A stretch of DNA of 64,000 nucleotides from Sphingobium sp. (GTDB taxonomy: Bacteria > Pseudomonadota > Alphaproteobacteria > Sphingomonadales > Sphingomonadaceae). Position numbers and translations under genes: made by a program. The DNA lies in assembly GCA_017744605.1 (NCBI GenBank), contig JAGIAZ010000002.1, positions 95,373-159,372 of the forward strand. Direction: 5' to 3'. Under the pieces are notes generated by a model. It saw only the letters and a program-made list of their open reading frames with translations, made no database searches and was not told the DNA's origin. Numbering within the stretch: position 1 is the stretch's first letter; the number at the start of each line of letters is the position of its first letter. Shown here in pieces: positions 1-10,481 of the stretch.

Positions 1-453
1 CGGACCTTCTCGAAGATCTACGGCCTCGCGGCAGCGCGCGTCGGCTGGGGCTATGGTCATGCTGATCTCATCGCGGCGATGAACCGCATCCGGCAGCCCT
101 TCTCGTTCAGCATCGCTGCCTCGCGCGCGGCGGTGGCGGCGCTGACGGACACGGCGTTCGTCGAGCGGAGCGCCGCGCACAATGTCGAGTGGCGCGGCTG
201 GTTCGAGGATCAGATCGCCGCGCTCGGCAACAAGGGCCTGCGCGCCGTGCCGAGCAAGGCCAACTTCAGCCTTGTCCTGTTCGAGGGCGAGACCAGCGCG
301 GAGACGGCATATAAAGGCCTGATGGACGCCGGCTACATCGTGCGCTGGCTGCCCGGACAGGAATTGCCGCACGGCTTGCGGATCACCATCGGCACGCCCG
401 AGGAAATGACCGGCCTCATTGCCGCCTTGCGCAAGATCGTCGGCGCGAGCTGA
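1..453 (+). CDS. hisC: Histidinol-phosphate aminotransferase, 3' part (5' end outside window)
   Basis: Frame is open from base 1: RTFSKIYGLAAARVGW (PLP-lysine motif), PSKANF, LRITIG; stop overlaps the next ATG. Confidence 0.92.
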   Translation, partial: RTFSKIYGLAAARVGWGYGHADLIAAMNRIRQPFSFSIAASRAAVAALTDTAFVERSAAHNVEWRGWFEDQIAALGNKGLRAVPSKANFSLVLFEGETSAETAYKGLMDAGYIVRWLPGQELPHGLRITIGTPEEMTGLIAALRKIVGAS

Positions 454-1361
454 TGCTTCCCTTCAGCCGCGTCACGATCATCGGCCTGGGGCTCATCGGC
501 TCGTCGATCGCGCGCGGCGTGCGGGCGTTCATGCCGACGGTGCGAGTCACCGGCCATGACGCGAGCGCCGAAGTCCGCGAGACCGCGCGCCGGATCGATC
601 TTTGCGACGATATCACCGATACGCCCGGCGCATCGGTGATCGATGCCGATCTCGTCATCCTGTGCGTGCCGCCGGGCGCGATGGGCGCGGCGGCGGCGGC
701 CATCGCGACCGACCTGCCGGCCGATGCGATCCTCTCGGAGGTCGCCTCCTGCCAGGCAAGCGTCATCGCCGCGATCCGGCAATCCTTGCCCCATGTGACG
801 CTAGTGCCGGCCCATCCCGTCGCGGGCACCGAGAATAGCGGTCCGGAAGCCGGCTTCGCCACGCTCTTCAAGGGCCGCTGGTGCATCCTGACTCCGCCGG
901 AAGGCACCGATCCCGCGGCAGTCGCGCGCATGAACGAATTCTGGAAGCGCCTCGGCTCGAACGTCGAGACGATGGACCCCGAGCATCACGATCTGGTCCT
1001 CGCGGTCACCAGCCATTTGCCGCACCTCATCGCCTATACGATCGTCGGGACGGCGAGCGATCTTGAGAGCGTGACCCAGAGCGAAGTGATCAAATATTCC
1101 GCAGGCGGCTTTCGCGACTTCACGCGCATCGCGGCGTCCGATCCCACCATGTGGCGCGACGTCTTCCTCGCCAACAAGGATGCCGTGCTGGAGATGCTGC
1201 AGCGCTTCAGCGAGGATATCTCGCGACTCCAGCGCGCCATCCGCTGGGGCGATGGCGAGGAGCTGTTCAACCATTTCACCAAGACACGCGCCATCCGCCG
1301 TTCGATCATCGAACAGGGCCAGGATGACGCTGCGCCGGACTTCGGGCGCCACCACGCGTGA
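453..1361 (+). CDS. tyrC: Cyclohexadienyl/prephenate dehydrogenase (TyrA family)
   Basis: GLGLIGSS Rossmann motif, HPVAGTE, HDLVLAVTSHLPH, GGFRDFTRIA; coupled to hisC. Confidence 0.92.
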   Translation: MLPFSRVTIIGLGLIGSSIARGVRAFMPTVRVTGHDASAEVRETARRIDLCDDITDTPGASVIDADLVILCVPPGAMGAAAAAIATDLPADAILSEVASCQASVIAAIRQSLPHVTLVPAHPVAGTENSGPEAGFATLFKGRWCILTPPEGTDPAAVARMNEFWKRLGSNVETMDPEHHDLVLAVTSHLPHLIAYTIVGTASDLESVTQSEVIKYSAGGFRDFTRIAASDPTMWRDVFLANKDAVLEMLQRFSEDISRLQRAIRWGDGEELFNHFTKTRAIRRSIIEQGQDDAAPDFGRHHA

Positions 1362-1523
1362 ACGGCGCGCCGAATAGGCTGTAGGCTTCGTTAAGCCTTC
1401 GCAGCAACCTCGCGTTCATGACAGAACGCGCATCTCTGCCGCGGGCGAGAGACAGAAGGCGAAAGCGGCGGCGTCGGGAACCTGCTGCATCGCCGAGGCG
1501 TTCGACCCGCATCGGAGGCCGTT

Positions 1524-2045
1524 ATGGGACCAAGGCTGCTTTGCGGACTGGCATGTTGTGCAGGCCTTCTCGCGACCATGCCCGTCGGGGCGAAGGACAT
1601 GCCCAAGGCGAAGCGCAAGCCCGCCACCACGAAGATCGTGGCCGCCCCGCTTCCCGTCATATCGGACTTCAAACCCAAAGCCGCTGCGATCATCGCCGAC
1701 AGATCGACCATTCCGGGCCGTGCCTGGTCCGATATGGATCGCGACCGCGTGAGCCAGTTCCGTCTGACGGGCGACAGCGGACTGGAGCAGAGCCCCGCGT
1801 CCCGATCCTCGTCCCTGATCGACAAGGTGAAGCGCCGCGAGGACATACGCGGCATGAGCTTCGGCTTCGACAGCGGCAGCCAGAATCTGGGCCCACCCGT
1901 CGATGCGTCCGCGCGTTCGGCGGAGGTGGTGGCGTACAAGCTCTCCGAGACGAGCACCTGCAACGGCCTGATGCCCGGCGTCGATTGCAATACGATCGGG
2001 GGCGACGACGTGTCGGTGCGCCTCGCGCTCGCCTTCAACTTCTGA
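1524..2045 (+). CDS. Hypothetical exported protein
   Basis: Signal-peptide-like N-terminus (..PVGA), Cys pair, C-terminal VRLALAFNF. Confidence 0.6.
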   Translation: MGPRLLCGLACCAGLLATMPVGAKDMPKAKRKPATTKIVAAPLPVISDFKPKAAAIIADRSTIPGRAWSDMDRDRVSQFRLTGDSGLEQSPASRSSSLIDKVKRREDIRGMSFGFDSGSQNLGPPVDASARSAEVVAYKLSETSTCNGLMPGVDCNTIGGDDVSVRLALAFNF

Positions 2046-2048
2046 GTT

Positions 2049-4448
2049 TCAGCGCCGCTTGACCGGGCCCTTGCTTCGCGCGGTATGGCGGATGTTGGAC
2101 GGGCGGCCCGGGCGTCCCATCGGCCGCGGCGCGCCCGGCCTGCGCCGGTCCTTGCCGGCCATGGGAAGATGGCTTGCACCGACGGGAATTTCGAAACGCA
2201 GGGCGCCCGAGATCGGGTCGGCCTCGACCAGCCGCAGGTCGAGCCTGTCGCCCAGCGCATAGCGCTCGCCGGATTGCTGGCCTTCCAGGGCCTGATGCAC
2301 TTGGTCATAGGTGAAATATTCGGCGCCCAGCGTCGAGACCGGCACCAGGCCGTCGCCGCCCAGCTCCTCGACCGTCGCGAAGAAGCCGAAGCTCTGCACG
2401 CCGGTGATGCGGCAGGGCAGGACCTCGCCGAGGCGCGTGGTGAGGAATGCCGCGACGTAGCGATCGATCGTCTCGCGTTCGGCTTCCATGGCGCGCCGTT
2501 CGAATCGGCTGATGACCTCGCCGATGGGCGCCAGGTCGTTCATGTCCTCGCCCGAAAGCCGCGTCTCCCTCGGGATCGATTTTTCCCCGGAACCGGTTTT
2601 TGGCGGCGCCGGCAGTTCCAGACCATATGCACCGACCAGCGACCGGTGCACGAGCAGATCGGCATAGCGGCGGATCGGCGATGTAAAATGCGCATAAGAG
2701 CCCAGAGCGAGGCCGAAATGGCCGACATTGCGCGGACCGTAATAGGCCTGGGTCTGGCTGCGCAATATCTGTTCCATGATCTGCGCGCGCGCCGGGAGAT
2801 CGGCCGGAATCTGCGCGATGATGCGATTGAAGGTCTTGGGCGTGATGACCTGGCCGAGCGCCAGCGAAATGTCGAACGTGTCGAGATAGTCCTTCAATGA
2901 GGCGAGCTTCTCGCGGCTCGGCGGCTCATGGATGCGGTACATGACCGGCGCCTTCCTGGCTTCCAGCGCCTTGGCCGCGGCGACGTTGGCGGCGATCATA
3001 TAGTCCTCGATCAGCCGGTGAGCATCCAGGCGCTCCCGGATCGCGATGCTGACGATGCGGCCTGTCTCATCGATCACGACACGGCGCTCCGGCAGGTCGA
3101 GGTCGAGCGGATCGCGCGCCGCACGCGCCTTCGCCAATAGCCTCCAGCATGCCCACAGCGGCTTGAGGGCAATTCCCACCAAATCAACCATCTCGCCGTT
3201 CGCTTCGAGCGAAGTCGAGACGCGTTTCGTGCCGCGTGTCTCGACTTCGCTCGACACGAACGGGGTTGGTCCGCCCTCCGCTCGGTCAATCGCAGCCTGT
3301 GCCTGCTCATAGGGGATGTTCGCCGCGACGCGGATGACGGCGCGGGTGAAGCGCCAGCTCTTCATCAGGCCGTTGCGGTCGATGACGAGATGGCAGGCCA
3401 TGGCGGCGCGGTCTTCGCCGGCGCGCAGCGAGCACATGTCGGAGGAGAGGGCGTGCGGCAGCATGGGGACGACGCGATCGGGGAAATAGACGCTGTTGCC
3501 GCGCTTGCGCGCCTGCCGGTCGAGCTGCGAGCCGGGGCGGACATAGTAGCTGACGTCGGCGATCGCGACGATGGCCTTGAACCCGCCCTCGTTCGCCGGG
3601 TCGTCGTCCGGCGTGGCCCAGACCGCATCGTCGAAGTCGCGCGCATCGATCGGATCGATGGCGACGATCGGCAAATGCCGCAGATCTTCGCGCAGATCGG
3701 CATGGAGGGGCAGGTCGTGGACCTTGGCGGCCTCTTCCTCGACCTCCCCGGGAAACTCGTCGGGGATGCCATATTTGTGAATGGCGATGAGACTGAAGGC
3801 GCGCGGTTGAAAGGGATCGCCCAGCACATGCGTCACGCGCGCGCTGATGCGCGGCGGTCGGCCCGTCTTTTCGGCCAGCACCAGATCGCCCGGGACGGCC
3901 TCGCCAATGTCGCTGATCTGCGTCTCCTTGCGGATGCGCTTGTCGACGGGGCGGAGGATCAGCTTGCCGCGCTCATCCTTGGCGACGACGCCGAGCATGT
4001 CCTCGGCCGCGCCGGCAAGCTTCTTCATCGGATGGGCAACCCAGCCATGACCGGCCTGCTCGGTGCGGGCGAGAATGCGGTCGCCCACGCCAAGAGCGCC
4101 CCGCTTGCCGCGCTCGATGACACGCAGCTTCGGGATCGGATGGCCCTCCGCTTCCCAGCGTTCGGGCACGGCCATGACCTGCGCGCCCTCGACATCGATG
4201 ACGCGCAGCACCGTCACCTTCGGCACACCGCCCATGAGATGGAAGGCGCGCGCCTTGCCGATGTCGAGCAGCCCTTCGTCGGCCATGTCCTTGAGGAGGG
4301 CCTTCAATGCGATCTTCTCATTGCCCCTGAGGCCGAAGGCGCGCGCGATCTCGCGCTTGCCGGCGGGTTCCTTGCTGTCGGTGATGAAATCGAGCACCTG
4401 CTGGCGCGATGGCATGCCGGCGGGCGTGGGCTTTTTCGATGAGGCCAT
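2049..4448 (-). CDS. rnr: Ribonuclease R
   Basis: AIDPIDARDFDDA catalytic motif, HFTSPIRRYADL, C-terminal S1 domain; start placed at MASSKK. Confidence 0.95.
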   Translation of the reverse strand: MASSKKPTPAGMPSRQQVLDFITDSKEPAGKREIARAFGLRGNEKIALKALLKDMADEGLLDIGKARAFHLMGGVPKVTVLRVIDVEGAQVMAVPERWEAEGHPIPKLRVIERGKRGALGVGDRILARTEQAGHGWVAHPMKKLAGAAEDMLGVVAKDERGKLILRPVDKRIRKETQISDIGEAVPGDLVLAEKTGRPPRISARVTHVLGDPFQPRAFSLIAIHKYGIPDEFPGEVEEEAAKVHDLPLHADLREDLRHLPIVAIDPIDARDFDDAVWATPDDDPANEGGFKAIVAIADVSYYVRPGSQLDRQARKRGNSVYFPDRVVPMLPHALSSDMCSLRAGEDRAAMACHLVIDRNGLMKSWRFTRAVIRVAANIPYEQAQAAIDRAEGGPTPFVSSEVETRGTKRVSTSLEANGEMVDLVGIALKPLWACWRLLAKARAARDPLDLDLPERRVVIDETGRIVSIAIRERLDAHRLIEDYMIAANVAAAKALEARKAPVMYRIHEPPSREKLASLKDYLDTFDISLALGQVITPKTFNRIIAQIPADLPARAQIMEQILRSQTQAYYGPRNVGHFGLALGSYAHFTSPIRRYADLLVHRSLVGAYGLELPAPPKTGSGEKSIPRETRLSGEDMNDLAPIGEVISRFERRAMEAERETIDRYVAAFLTTRLGEVLPCRITGVQSFGFFATVEELGGDGLVPVSTLGAEYFTYDQVHQALEGQQSGERYALGDRLDLRLVEADPISGALRFEIPVGASHLPMAGKDRRRPGAPRPMGRPGRPSNIRHTARSKGPVKRR
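3196..3263. repeat. 68-bp palindromic element inside the rnr coding sequence
   Basis: Arms ccgttcgcttcgagcgaagtcgagacgcg / cgtgtctcgacttcgctcgacacgaacgg (29 bp, 3 mismatches); related copy at 44072-44114. Confidence 0.85.
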
Positions 4449-4600
4449 GAGCGGGATATAGGGAAGGCCGCGGCGCAGGGGAACGCAAATGCGCTTGCCA
4501 TCGAATTTGGCGTGACCAGCGCAATGGCATCGGCGGTTGTGCGGCTGCCGCGGCATTGTAAAGTCAGGGCGACAACGTCGATTTGGGAACAGGGTGCAGG

Positions 4601-5455
4601 ATGGAATTCAGAACCGAAGGCCGATTTGTCGAACCGGACCGGTCGCTGGATAGCGTCCCGTTCGATGAGCTGCACAAGCGGCTGGATATCACCATCATGA
4701 GCGGCCACCGCGCCGATCTGGCGGCCTTCGGCTCAACCGATATCGGTTTTCTGAGCCTCCTGTCGAAGATCAAGGTCCACAGCGGTTACGAGGACCAATG
4801 CACCGCCAAATATTATGGCGACATGTATGATATCGTCGCCAACCTCGAAGGTGAGGTCGATCGCATCGTCGAGGCCGGCATTTTCATGGGCGGCTCGTCG
4901 GTCATCCTGGCGGGTTGCGCCGAACGGATCGACGCCGAGCTGGTCATGATCGACATTGACGAGCGCTATCTGCAGTTCGGCTTCCAGCGCCTCATTCGTT
5001 CATTTCCCGACGCGGCGAGCCGAGTGAAGCTCTACCTCGGCGATCTGCCGGTCTATGTTCGCGACGTCCTGATCCCGGAACAGTCACAGTCGCGCCTCGT
5101 CGTCCATCATGACGCCGGGCATGCTTTCCAGGATCTCATTCGGGATCTGGGCGCGCTGTCCTTCGTCAAGGATCGCCTCCTGGGCGTGATGGTGCAGGAC
5201 ACGCATCTGCGTGGACCGCCCAAGGGCATGCGCTTCGTCGATCTCGCCCTGCTCGGGGTCTTCGGCACGGATATGCAATTCATCGGCATGGGGTCCGTCT
5301 ATACGGAGGAGGAGCATCCCGAATTGCTCGTGCCAAACCCCTATGCGGGGGGCTATTTCCTGCCTGGCAAGCTCGAAGGCATGTATGTGCCGATGAGCCA
5401 TAACAGCTTCGAATATCCCCATTCGCAGCTGACGATCGACCAGTTTTTCTGGTGA
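4601..5455 (+). CDS. Putative class I SAM-dependent methyltransferase (Methyltransf_24-like)
   Basis: IVEAGIFMGGSS, IDID, HHDAGH and QDT resemble the EIG..G.S / DxD / D-G-H / xD pattern. Confidence 0.6.
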   Translation: MEFRTEGRFVEPDRSLDSVPFDELHKRLDITIMSGHRADLAAFGSTDIGFLSLLSKIKVHSGYEDQCTAKYYGDMYDIVANLEGEVDRIVEAGIFMGGSSVILAGCAERIDAELVMIDIDERYLQFGFQRLIRSFPDAASRVKLYLGDLPVYVRDVLIPEQSQSRLVVHHDAGHAFQDLIRDLGALSFVKDRLLGVMVQDTHLRGPPKGMRFVDLALLGVFGTDMQFIGMGSVYTEEEHPELLVPNPYAGGYFLPGKLEGMYVPMSHNSFEYPHSQLTIDQFFW

Positions 5456-5504
5456 CCGCCGTGCCGCATTTGTGCCGATGAGGCTGCTGACGGGGCTACT
5501 CGAT

Positions 5505-6362
5505 TCAATCCCGCAGCAAATCGTTGATGCCGGTCTTGGCGCGGGTCTGCTCGTCGACGGTCTTGACGATCACGGCGCAGTAGAGGCTGGGGCCGGGCGT
5601 GCCGTCGGGCAGGGGCTTGCCAGGCATGGCGCCGGGCACGACCACCGAATAAGGCGGCACATGGCCCATGAAGACCTGGCCCGTGGCGCGGTCGACGATC
5701 TTGGTCGACTGGCCGATGAACACGCCCATCGACAGCACCGCGCCCTTGCCGATGCGCACGCCCTCGACGACTTCGGAGCGGGCGCCGATGAAGCAATCGT
5801 CCTCGATGATGACCGGGTCGGCCTGCAGGGGCTCGAGCACGCCGCCAATGCCGACGCCGCCCGAAAGGTGGACGTTCTTGCCGATCTGGGCGCAGCTGCC
5901 GACCGTCACCCAGGTGTCGACCATCGTGCCCTCGCCGACATAGGCGCCGATGTTGACGAAGCTCGGCATCAGGATGACGTTCTTCGCGACGAAGCTGCCG
6001 CCACGGACGACGCTGCCGGGGACGGCGCGGAAGCCGGCCTTGCGGAAATCGGGCTCGGTCCAGCCGGAGAACTTGCTCGGCACCTTGTCGAACCAGTGAC
6101 CGGCGCCCGGGCCGTTGTCGATCAGCGCATTGTCGTTGAGCCGGAAGCTGAGCAGCACGGCCTTCTTGAGCCATTGATTGACCTGCCAGCCCCCCGCATT
6201 GTTTCCTGCGCCGGTCGGCTCCGCCACGCGCGCTTCGCCCGAATCGAGCAGGGCCAGGGCCCGGTTCACCGCGACGCGCACTTCGCCCATGGTGGAGAGG
6301 CCGATATTGGCGCGGTCTTCCCAGGCGGCGTCGATAGTGGCGATCAGCTTCTGGTCGGTCAT
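5505..6362 (-). CDS. dapD: Tetrahydrodipicolinate N-succinyltransferase
   Basis: [46 protein letters not shown]. Confidence 0.97.
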   Translation of the reverse strand: MTDQKLIATIDAAWEDRANIGLSTMGEVRVAVNRALALLDSGEARVAEPTGAGNNAGGWQVNQWLKKAVLLSFRLNDNALIDNGPGAGHWFDKVPSKFSGWTEPDFRKAGFRAVPGSVVRGGSFVAKNVILMPSFVNIGAYVGEGTMVDTWVTVGSCAQIGKNVHLSGGVGIGGVLEPLQADPVIIEDDCFIGARSEVVEGVRIGKGAVLSMGVFIGQSTKIVDRATGQVFMGHVPPYSVVVPGAMPGKPLPDGTPGPSLYCAVIVKTVDEQTRAKTGINDLLRD

Positions 6363-6523
6363 GGCGATGTTATGGTCCCTGTCTTGATTGTGAGCCGCCC
6401 ATAGTCTCATTCCGCGCCCTTGTGCACCCCCTCGCGGGCGGCCTCGAACGCGTGTAATAAGATTGCGCGAAGCGATGCCGGGGCCTAGTCCTGTCGGGCG
6501 GGCCCAGCGGCAGGAGAAGAGAC

Positions 6524-6952
6524 ATGAGCCGGATCAGCCTTTCCCAAGCCAACCAGATCATCGCCGGCGCGTTCGTCAAGGGCGCCGAGGCCGGCTTCAA
6601 GCCATTGAGCGTCGCGGTGGTGGATGCGGGCGGGCATGTCATCGCCTTCCAGCGCGCCGATGGCGGCTCCTTCGGGCGGCTGCAGGTCGCGCAAGGCAAG
6701 GCGGCGGGCGCGCTGGCGCTGGGCGTCTCCTCGCGCAAGGTCGGCGAGATGGCGATCGAGCGGCCGTGGTTCATCGGCGCCTTCGCGAGCGGTGCGCCGC
6801 ATCCGGTGATCCCCGCGGCGGGTGGCGTGATCGTGATCGGCGACGATGGCGGACCGATTGGCGCGGTCGGCGTCACCGGCGACACGTCCGACAATGACGA
6901 GCTGGCCGCGCTGGCGGGTATCGCGGCAGCGGGCCTCAGGGCGCAGGGGTAA
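6524..6952 (+). CDS. glcG: GlcG/HbpS family heme-binding protein
   Basis: [31 protein letters not shown]; lies upstream of malate synthase. Confidence 0.85.
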   Translation: MSRISLSQANQIIAGAFVKGAEAGFKPLSVAVVDAGGHVIAFQRADGGSFGRLQVAQGKAAGALALGVSSRKVGEMAIERPWFIGAFASGAPHPVIPAAGGVIVIGDDGGPIGAVGVTGDTSDNDELAALAGIAAAGLRAQG

Positions 6953-6956
6953 GGCC

Positions 6957-9059
6957 ATGCCTGCCATGGTCGAACGCGCTGGGCTGAAGGTCGCGGCGGA
7001 ACTTGCCGATTTCATCGAGAATGAGGCGCTGCCGGGTACGGGAATCGCGCCAGATGCCTTCTGGCAAGGCACGGCGGCCATCTATCGCGACTTCGCGCCG
7101 CGCAACCGGGCGCTGCTCGACAAGCGGGATTCGCTCCAGCGGGAGATTGACGGCTGGCATATTGAACGGGCCGGACAGCCGTTCGGCATGGCCGCCTATC
7201 AGGCCTTCCTGCGCGAAATTGGCTATCTGGTGCCGGAGCCCGCACCGTTCAATGTGACCACGAGCGGCGTCGATCCGGAAGTGGGCGTGCTGGCGGGGCC
7301 GCAGCTGGTCGTGCCGGCGCTCAATGCCCGCTTCGTCCTGAATGCCGCCAATGCCCGCTGGGGCAGCCTCTATGACGCGCTCTACGGGACCGATGCGCTT
7401 GGCTCGCTGCCGGCGGGCGGTGGTTATGATGCGGCGCGCGGGACGCAAGTCATCGCCTGGGCCAGGGCCTTCCTCGACAGGGCCGTGCCGTTGGCATCCG
7501 GTTCATGGGCGGACTGGGACGGCGCCGGCGATCCACCCCTCGCCGATTCGAGTCAGCTGGTTGGCCATAAGGGTCGCAATATTCTGCTCCAGCATCATGG
7601 CCTGCATATCGAAATCGTGATCGATCTGGCGCACCCGATCGGCAAGGGCGACAAGGCGGGCATTGCCGATGTCATCCTCGAATCCGCCCTGTCGACGATC
7701 GTCGATCTCGAGGATTCGATCGCGGCGGTGGATGCCGCCGACAAGGTCGCCGCCTATCGCAACTGGCTGGGCCTGATGCGGGGCGATCTGGCGGCGAGCT
7801 TCGGCAAGGGCGGCAAGACGCTGACTCGCACGCTCAATCCGGACCGCATCTATTCGGACCGCGACGGCGAGGAACTGATCCTCAGGGGGCGCAGCCTCCT
7901 GTTCGTGCGCAATGTCGGCCATTTGATGACGACCCCTGCGGTGCTGCTCCCCGATGGCAGCGAGGCCGGCGAGGGGATTCTCGACGGGATCGTCACCAGC
8001 CTCTGTGGGCTGCACGACCTGAAAGGCCTTGGAACGTTCCGCAACAGCGCGACCGGCAGCATCTATATCGTGAAGCCCAAGATGCACGGGCCGGCGGAAT
8101 GCGCCTTCACCAATGACCTATTCGATGCGATCGAGGACCTGCTGGGTCTGGCGCGGCATAGGATCAAGGTCGGTGTGATGGACGAGGAGCGGCGCACCTC
8201 CGCCAATCTCGCCGCCTGCATCGCCGCGGTGAAGGACCGCATCGTCTTCATCAACACCGGCTTCCTCGACCGCACCGGCGACGAGATGCACACGTCGATG
8301 CGGGCCGGGCCGATGATCCGCAAGGGCGACATGAAGACCTCCGGCTGGATCAAGGCCTATGAGGACCGCAACGTGCAGATCGGTCTCGCCTGCGGTCTTT
8401 CGGGCAAGGCCCAGATCGGCAAGGGCATGTGGGCCGCGCCTGACCGCATGGCCGACATGCTGGCGCAGAAGATCGGTCACCCGATGAGTGGCGCGAACAC
8501 GGCCTGGGTGCCGTCGCCGACCGCCGCGACCCTGCACGCGACCCATTATCACGGCGTCGATGTGTTCGCGCGGCAGGCCGAGCGCGCCAAGGAGGCCGTG
8601 GCACCGCTCGACACGCTGCTGACCGTGCCGGTGGCGAATGGCGTCAACTGGTCGGCGCAGGATATCTCCGACGAGCTGGCCAACAATGCGCAGGGCATTC
8701 TCGGCTATGTCGTGCGCTGGGTCGATCAGGGCATTGGCTGCTCCAAGGTGCCGGACATCAACGATATCGGCCTGATGGAAGACCGCGCGACACTGCGCAT
8801 TTCATCGCAGCATATGGCGAACTGGCTGTTGCACGGCGTGTGTACGCCCGTGCAGGTCGAGGCCGCGTTCGCAGCCATGGCGGCCAAGGTCGACGGGCAG
8901 AATGCGGGCGACCCGCTCTATGCGCCGATGAGCGGCCATGCTGACAGTTTCGCGCTGCAGGCGGCGCGGGCGCTGGTGTTCGAAGGGGTGGATCAACCCA
9001 ATGGCTATACCGAGCCGCTGCTCCATGCCTATCGGGTACGCGTGAAGGCGCGAGGCTGA
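6957..9059 (+). CDS. glcB: Malate synthase G
   Basis: [61 protein letters not shown]. Confidence 0.97.
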   Translation: MPAMVERAGLKVAAELADFIENEALPGTGIAPDAFWQGTAAIYRDFAPRNRALLDKRDSLQREIDGWHIERAGQPFGMAAYQAFLREIGYLVPEPAPFNVTTSGVDPEVGVLAGPQLVVPALNARFVLNAANARWGSLYDALYGTDALGSLPAGGGYDAARGTQVIAWARAFLDRAVPLASGSWADWDGAGDPPLADSSQLVGHKGRNILLQHHGLHIEIVIDLAHPIGKGDKAGIADVILESALSTIVDLEDSIAAVDAADKVAAYRNWLGLMRGDLAASFGKGGKTLTRTLNPDRIYSDRDGEELILRGRSLLFVRNVGHLMTTPAVLLPDGSEAGEGILDGIVTSLCGLHDLKGLGTFRNSATGSIYIVKPKMHGPAECAFTNDLFDAIEDLLGLARHRIKVGVMDEERRTSANLAACIAAVKDRIVFINTGFLDRTGDEMHTSMRAGPMIRKGDMKTSGWIKAYEDRNVQIGLACGLSGKAQIGKGMWAAPDRMADMLAQKIGHPMSGANTAWVPSPTAATLHATHYHGVDVFARQAERAKEAVAPLDTLLTVPVANGVNWSAQDISDELANNAQGILGYVVRWVDQGIGCSKVPDINDIGLMEDRATLRISSQHMANWLLHGVCTPVQVEAAFAAMAAKVDGQNAGDPLYAPMSGHADSFALQAARALVFEGVDQPNGYTEPLLHAYRVRVKARG

Positions 9060-9067
9060 AGGCGGCT

Positions 9068-9967
9068 GTGCTGCTGGTCTACGGCGCGCCGCCGCCGAAC
9101 CTTGTCGATGTGCCGCCGGACGCGGCGCAGACCTCGCCGCTCGTGCCGGGCGCGACGCTGCTGGACCAGATTGCCGAAACGCGCGCGGACGGCATGACGA
9201 TGGTCGTGCCGCCGGGAACGATCGAGCGGCGCTATGCGCTGGCGCTCGCATTGAAAGCCCTGTCGCCGGGCGCACCGCTCGTCGCGCTTGGTCCCAAGGA
9301 CAAGGGCGGTTCGCGCATCCGCAAGGAACTGGAGGGCTTCGGATGCGCCGTCGCCGAAGACTCGAAAAGCCACTGGCGACTCTGTCGGGCCCGGCGGCCG
9401 GACAGGCTCTCCGGCGTCGAAGGCGCGAGGGCCGAAGGGGCGCCGCGCTTCGACGAGAGGCTCGGCCTTTGGACACAGCCGGGCGTTTTCAGCTGGGATC
9501 GGATCGACGAGGGCAGTGGCTTGCTGATCGAGGCGCTGGCGCCGCTCGCCGGCCATGGCGCCGACCTGGGCTGCGGTCTCGGGCTGCTGACGCGCGCCGT
9601 GCTTGGCCATGAAGCGGTGACGGCGATCGAAGCGGTCGAATTGGATGCGCGCGCCCTGGCTGCGGCGAAGCGCAATGTGACCGACGCGCGCGCGCGGTTT
9701 CACTGGCGCGACGTGCGAGCCGGCCTGCCGTTTGCAGGGCTCGATTTCGTGGTGATGAACCCGCCCTTCCATTCGGCCGGTGCCGACGATGTGGCGCTGG
9801 GCCGCGCCTTCCTGCAGCAGGCTCGCCAGGCGCTGAAGGCGGGCGGGGCGCTGTGGATGGTCGCCAATCGGCATCTGCCCTATGAGGCGGAGCTGGCGTC
9901 GCTATTTTCGAACGTGGCGGCGGTGACCGAGAGCGCCCGCTTCAAGGTCGTGCAGGCGATCGCCTGA
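9068..9967 (+). CDS. RsmC-like small methyltransferase (MTS family)
   Basis: PGVFSWDRIDEGS, DLGCGLG, NPPFH, VANRHLPYE. Confidence 0.85.
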   Translation: MLLVYGAPPPNLVDVPPDAAQTSPLVPGATLLDQIAETRADGMTMVVPPGTIERRYALALALKALSPGAPLVALGPKDKGGSRIRKELEGFGCAVAEDSKSHWRLCRARRPDRLSGVEGARAEGAPRFDERLGLWTQPGVFSWDRIDEGSGLLIEALAPLAGHGADLGCGLGLLTRAVLGHEAVTAIEAVELDARALAAAKRNVTDARARFHWRDVRAGLPFAGLDFVVMNPPFHSAGADDVALGRAFLQQARQALKAGGALWMVANRHLPYEAELASLFSNVAAVTESARFKVVQAIA

Positions 9968-9976
9968 CGGCCGGCG

Positions 9977-10279
9977 TCAGTCGGCGTCGATCATGAACAG
10001 TGTATTGCCGCGATATTTGATGTCCATGCGGTCGAACAGCGGATGCACCTCGAACTTGTCTTCGAGCACCGTCAGTTCCGAAAGACCGGCGAGATTATAG
10101 CTGCCCACCTTGGGTTCGCGCGGCTCGGCGCCATCGCGCAAAATCGTGATGGCATCGATGAAATAGCTGTCGTTGCGCTTGTAGAGAACATGCGGCGCCA
10201 GCACGAGTTCGAGCTTGTTGTAGCGCGCACCCAGATGCTGCCGCAGTGCAATCGCTTCGAGGATCCGGCTATTGTCCAT
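9977..10279 (-). CDS. Hypothetical protein, possibly a stand-alone WYL-like domain
   Basis: 100 aa; LEAIA..YN..LAPHVLY..FIDA pattern; start at MDNSR. Confidence 0.6.
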   Translation of the reverse strand: MDNSRILEAIALRQHLGARYNKLELVLAPHVLYKRNDSYFIDAITILRDGAEPREPKVGSYNLAGLSELTVLEDKFEVHPLFDRMDIKYRGNTLFMIDAD

Positions 10280-10481
10280 CGGCGCGCACTTGGCTGCATT
10301 GCGGCTAATTTTCAAGGGAAATGCAGCGTTTCGTTTTTCATTGTGCAGCAAGCAGTGCCTTCAGGGCTGCACAAATTTTGTTTCTAGGGCACAGATGCCC
10401 TTCATGGCATTAGGCGCCGGTCGCGAGTCCCGATGTCCGGGCGAGCTTGTCTAACGCAGTCCTGAAGGGCAGAACCAAGGC

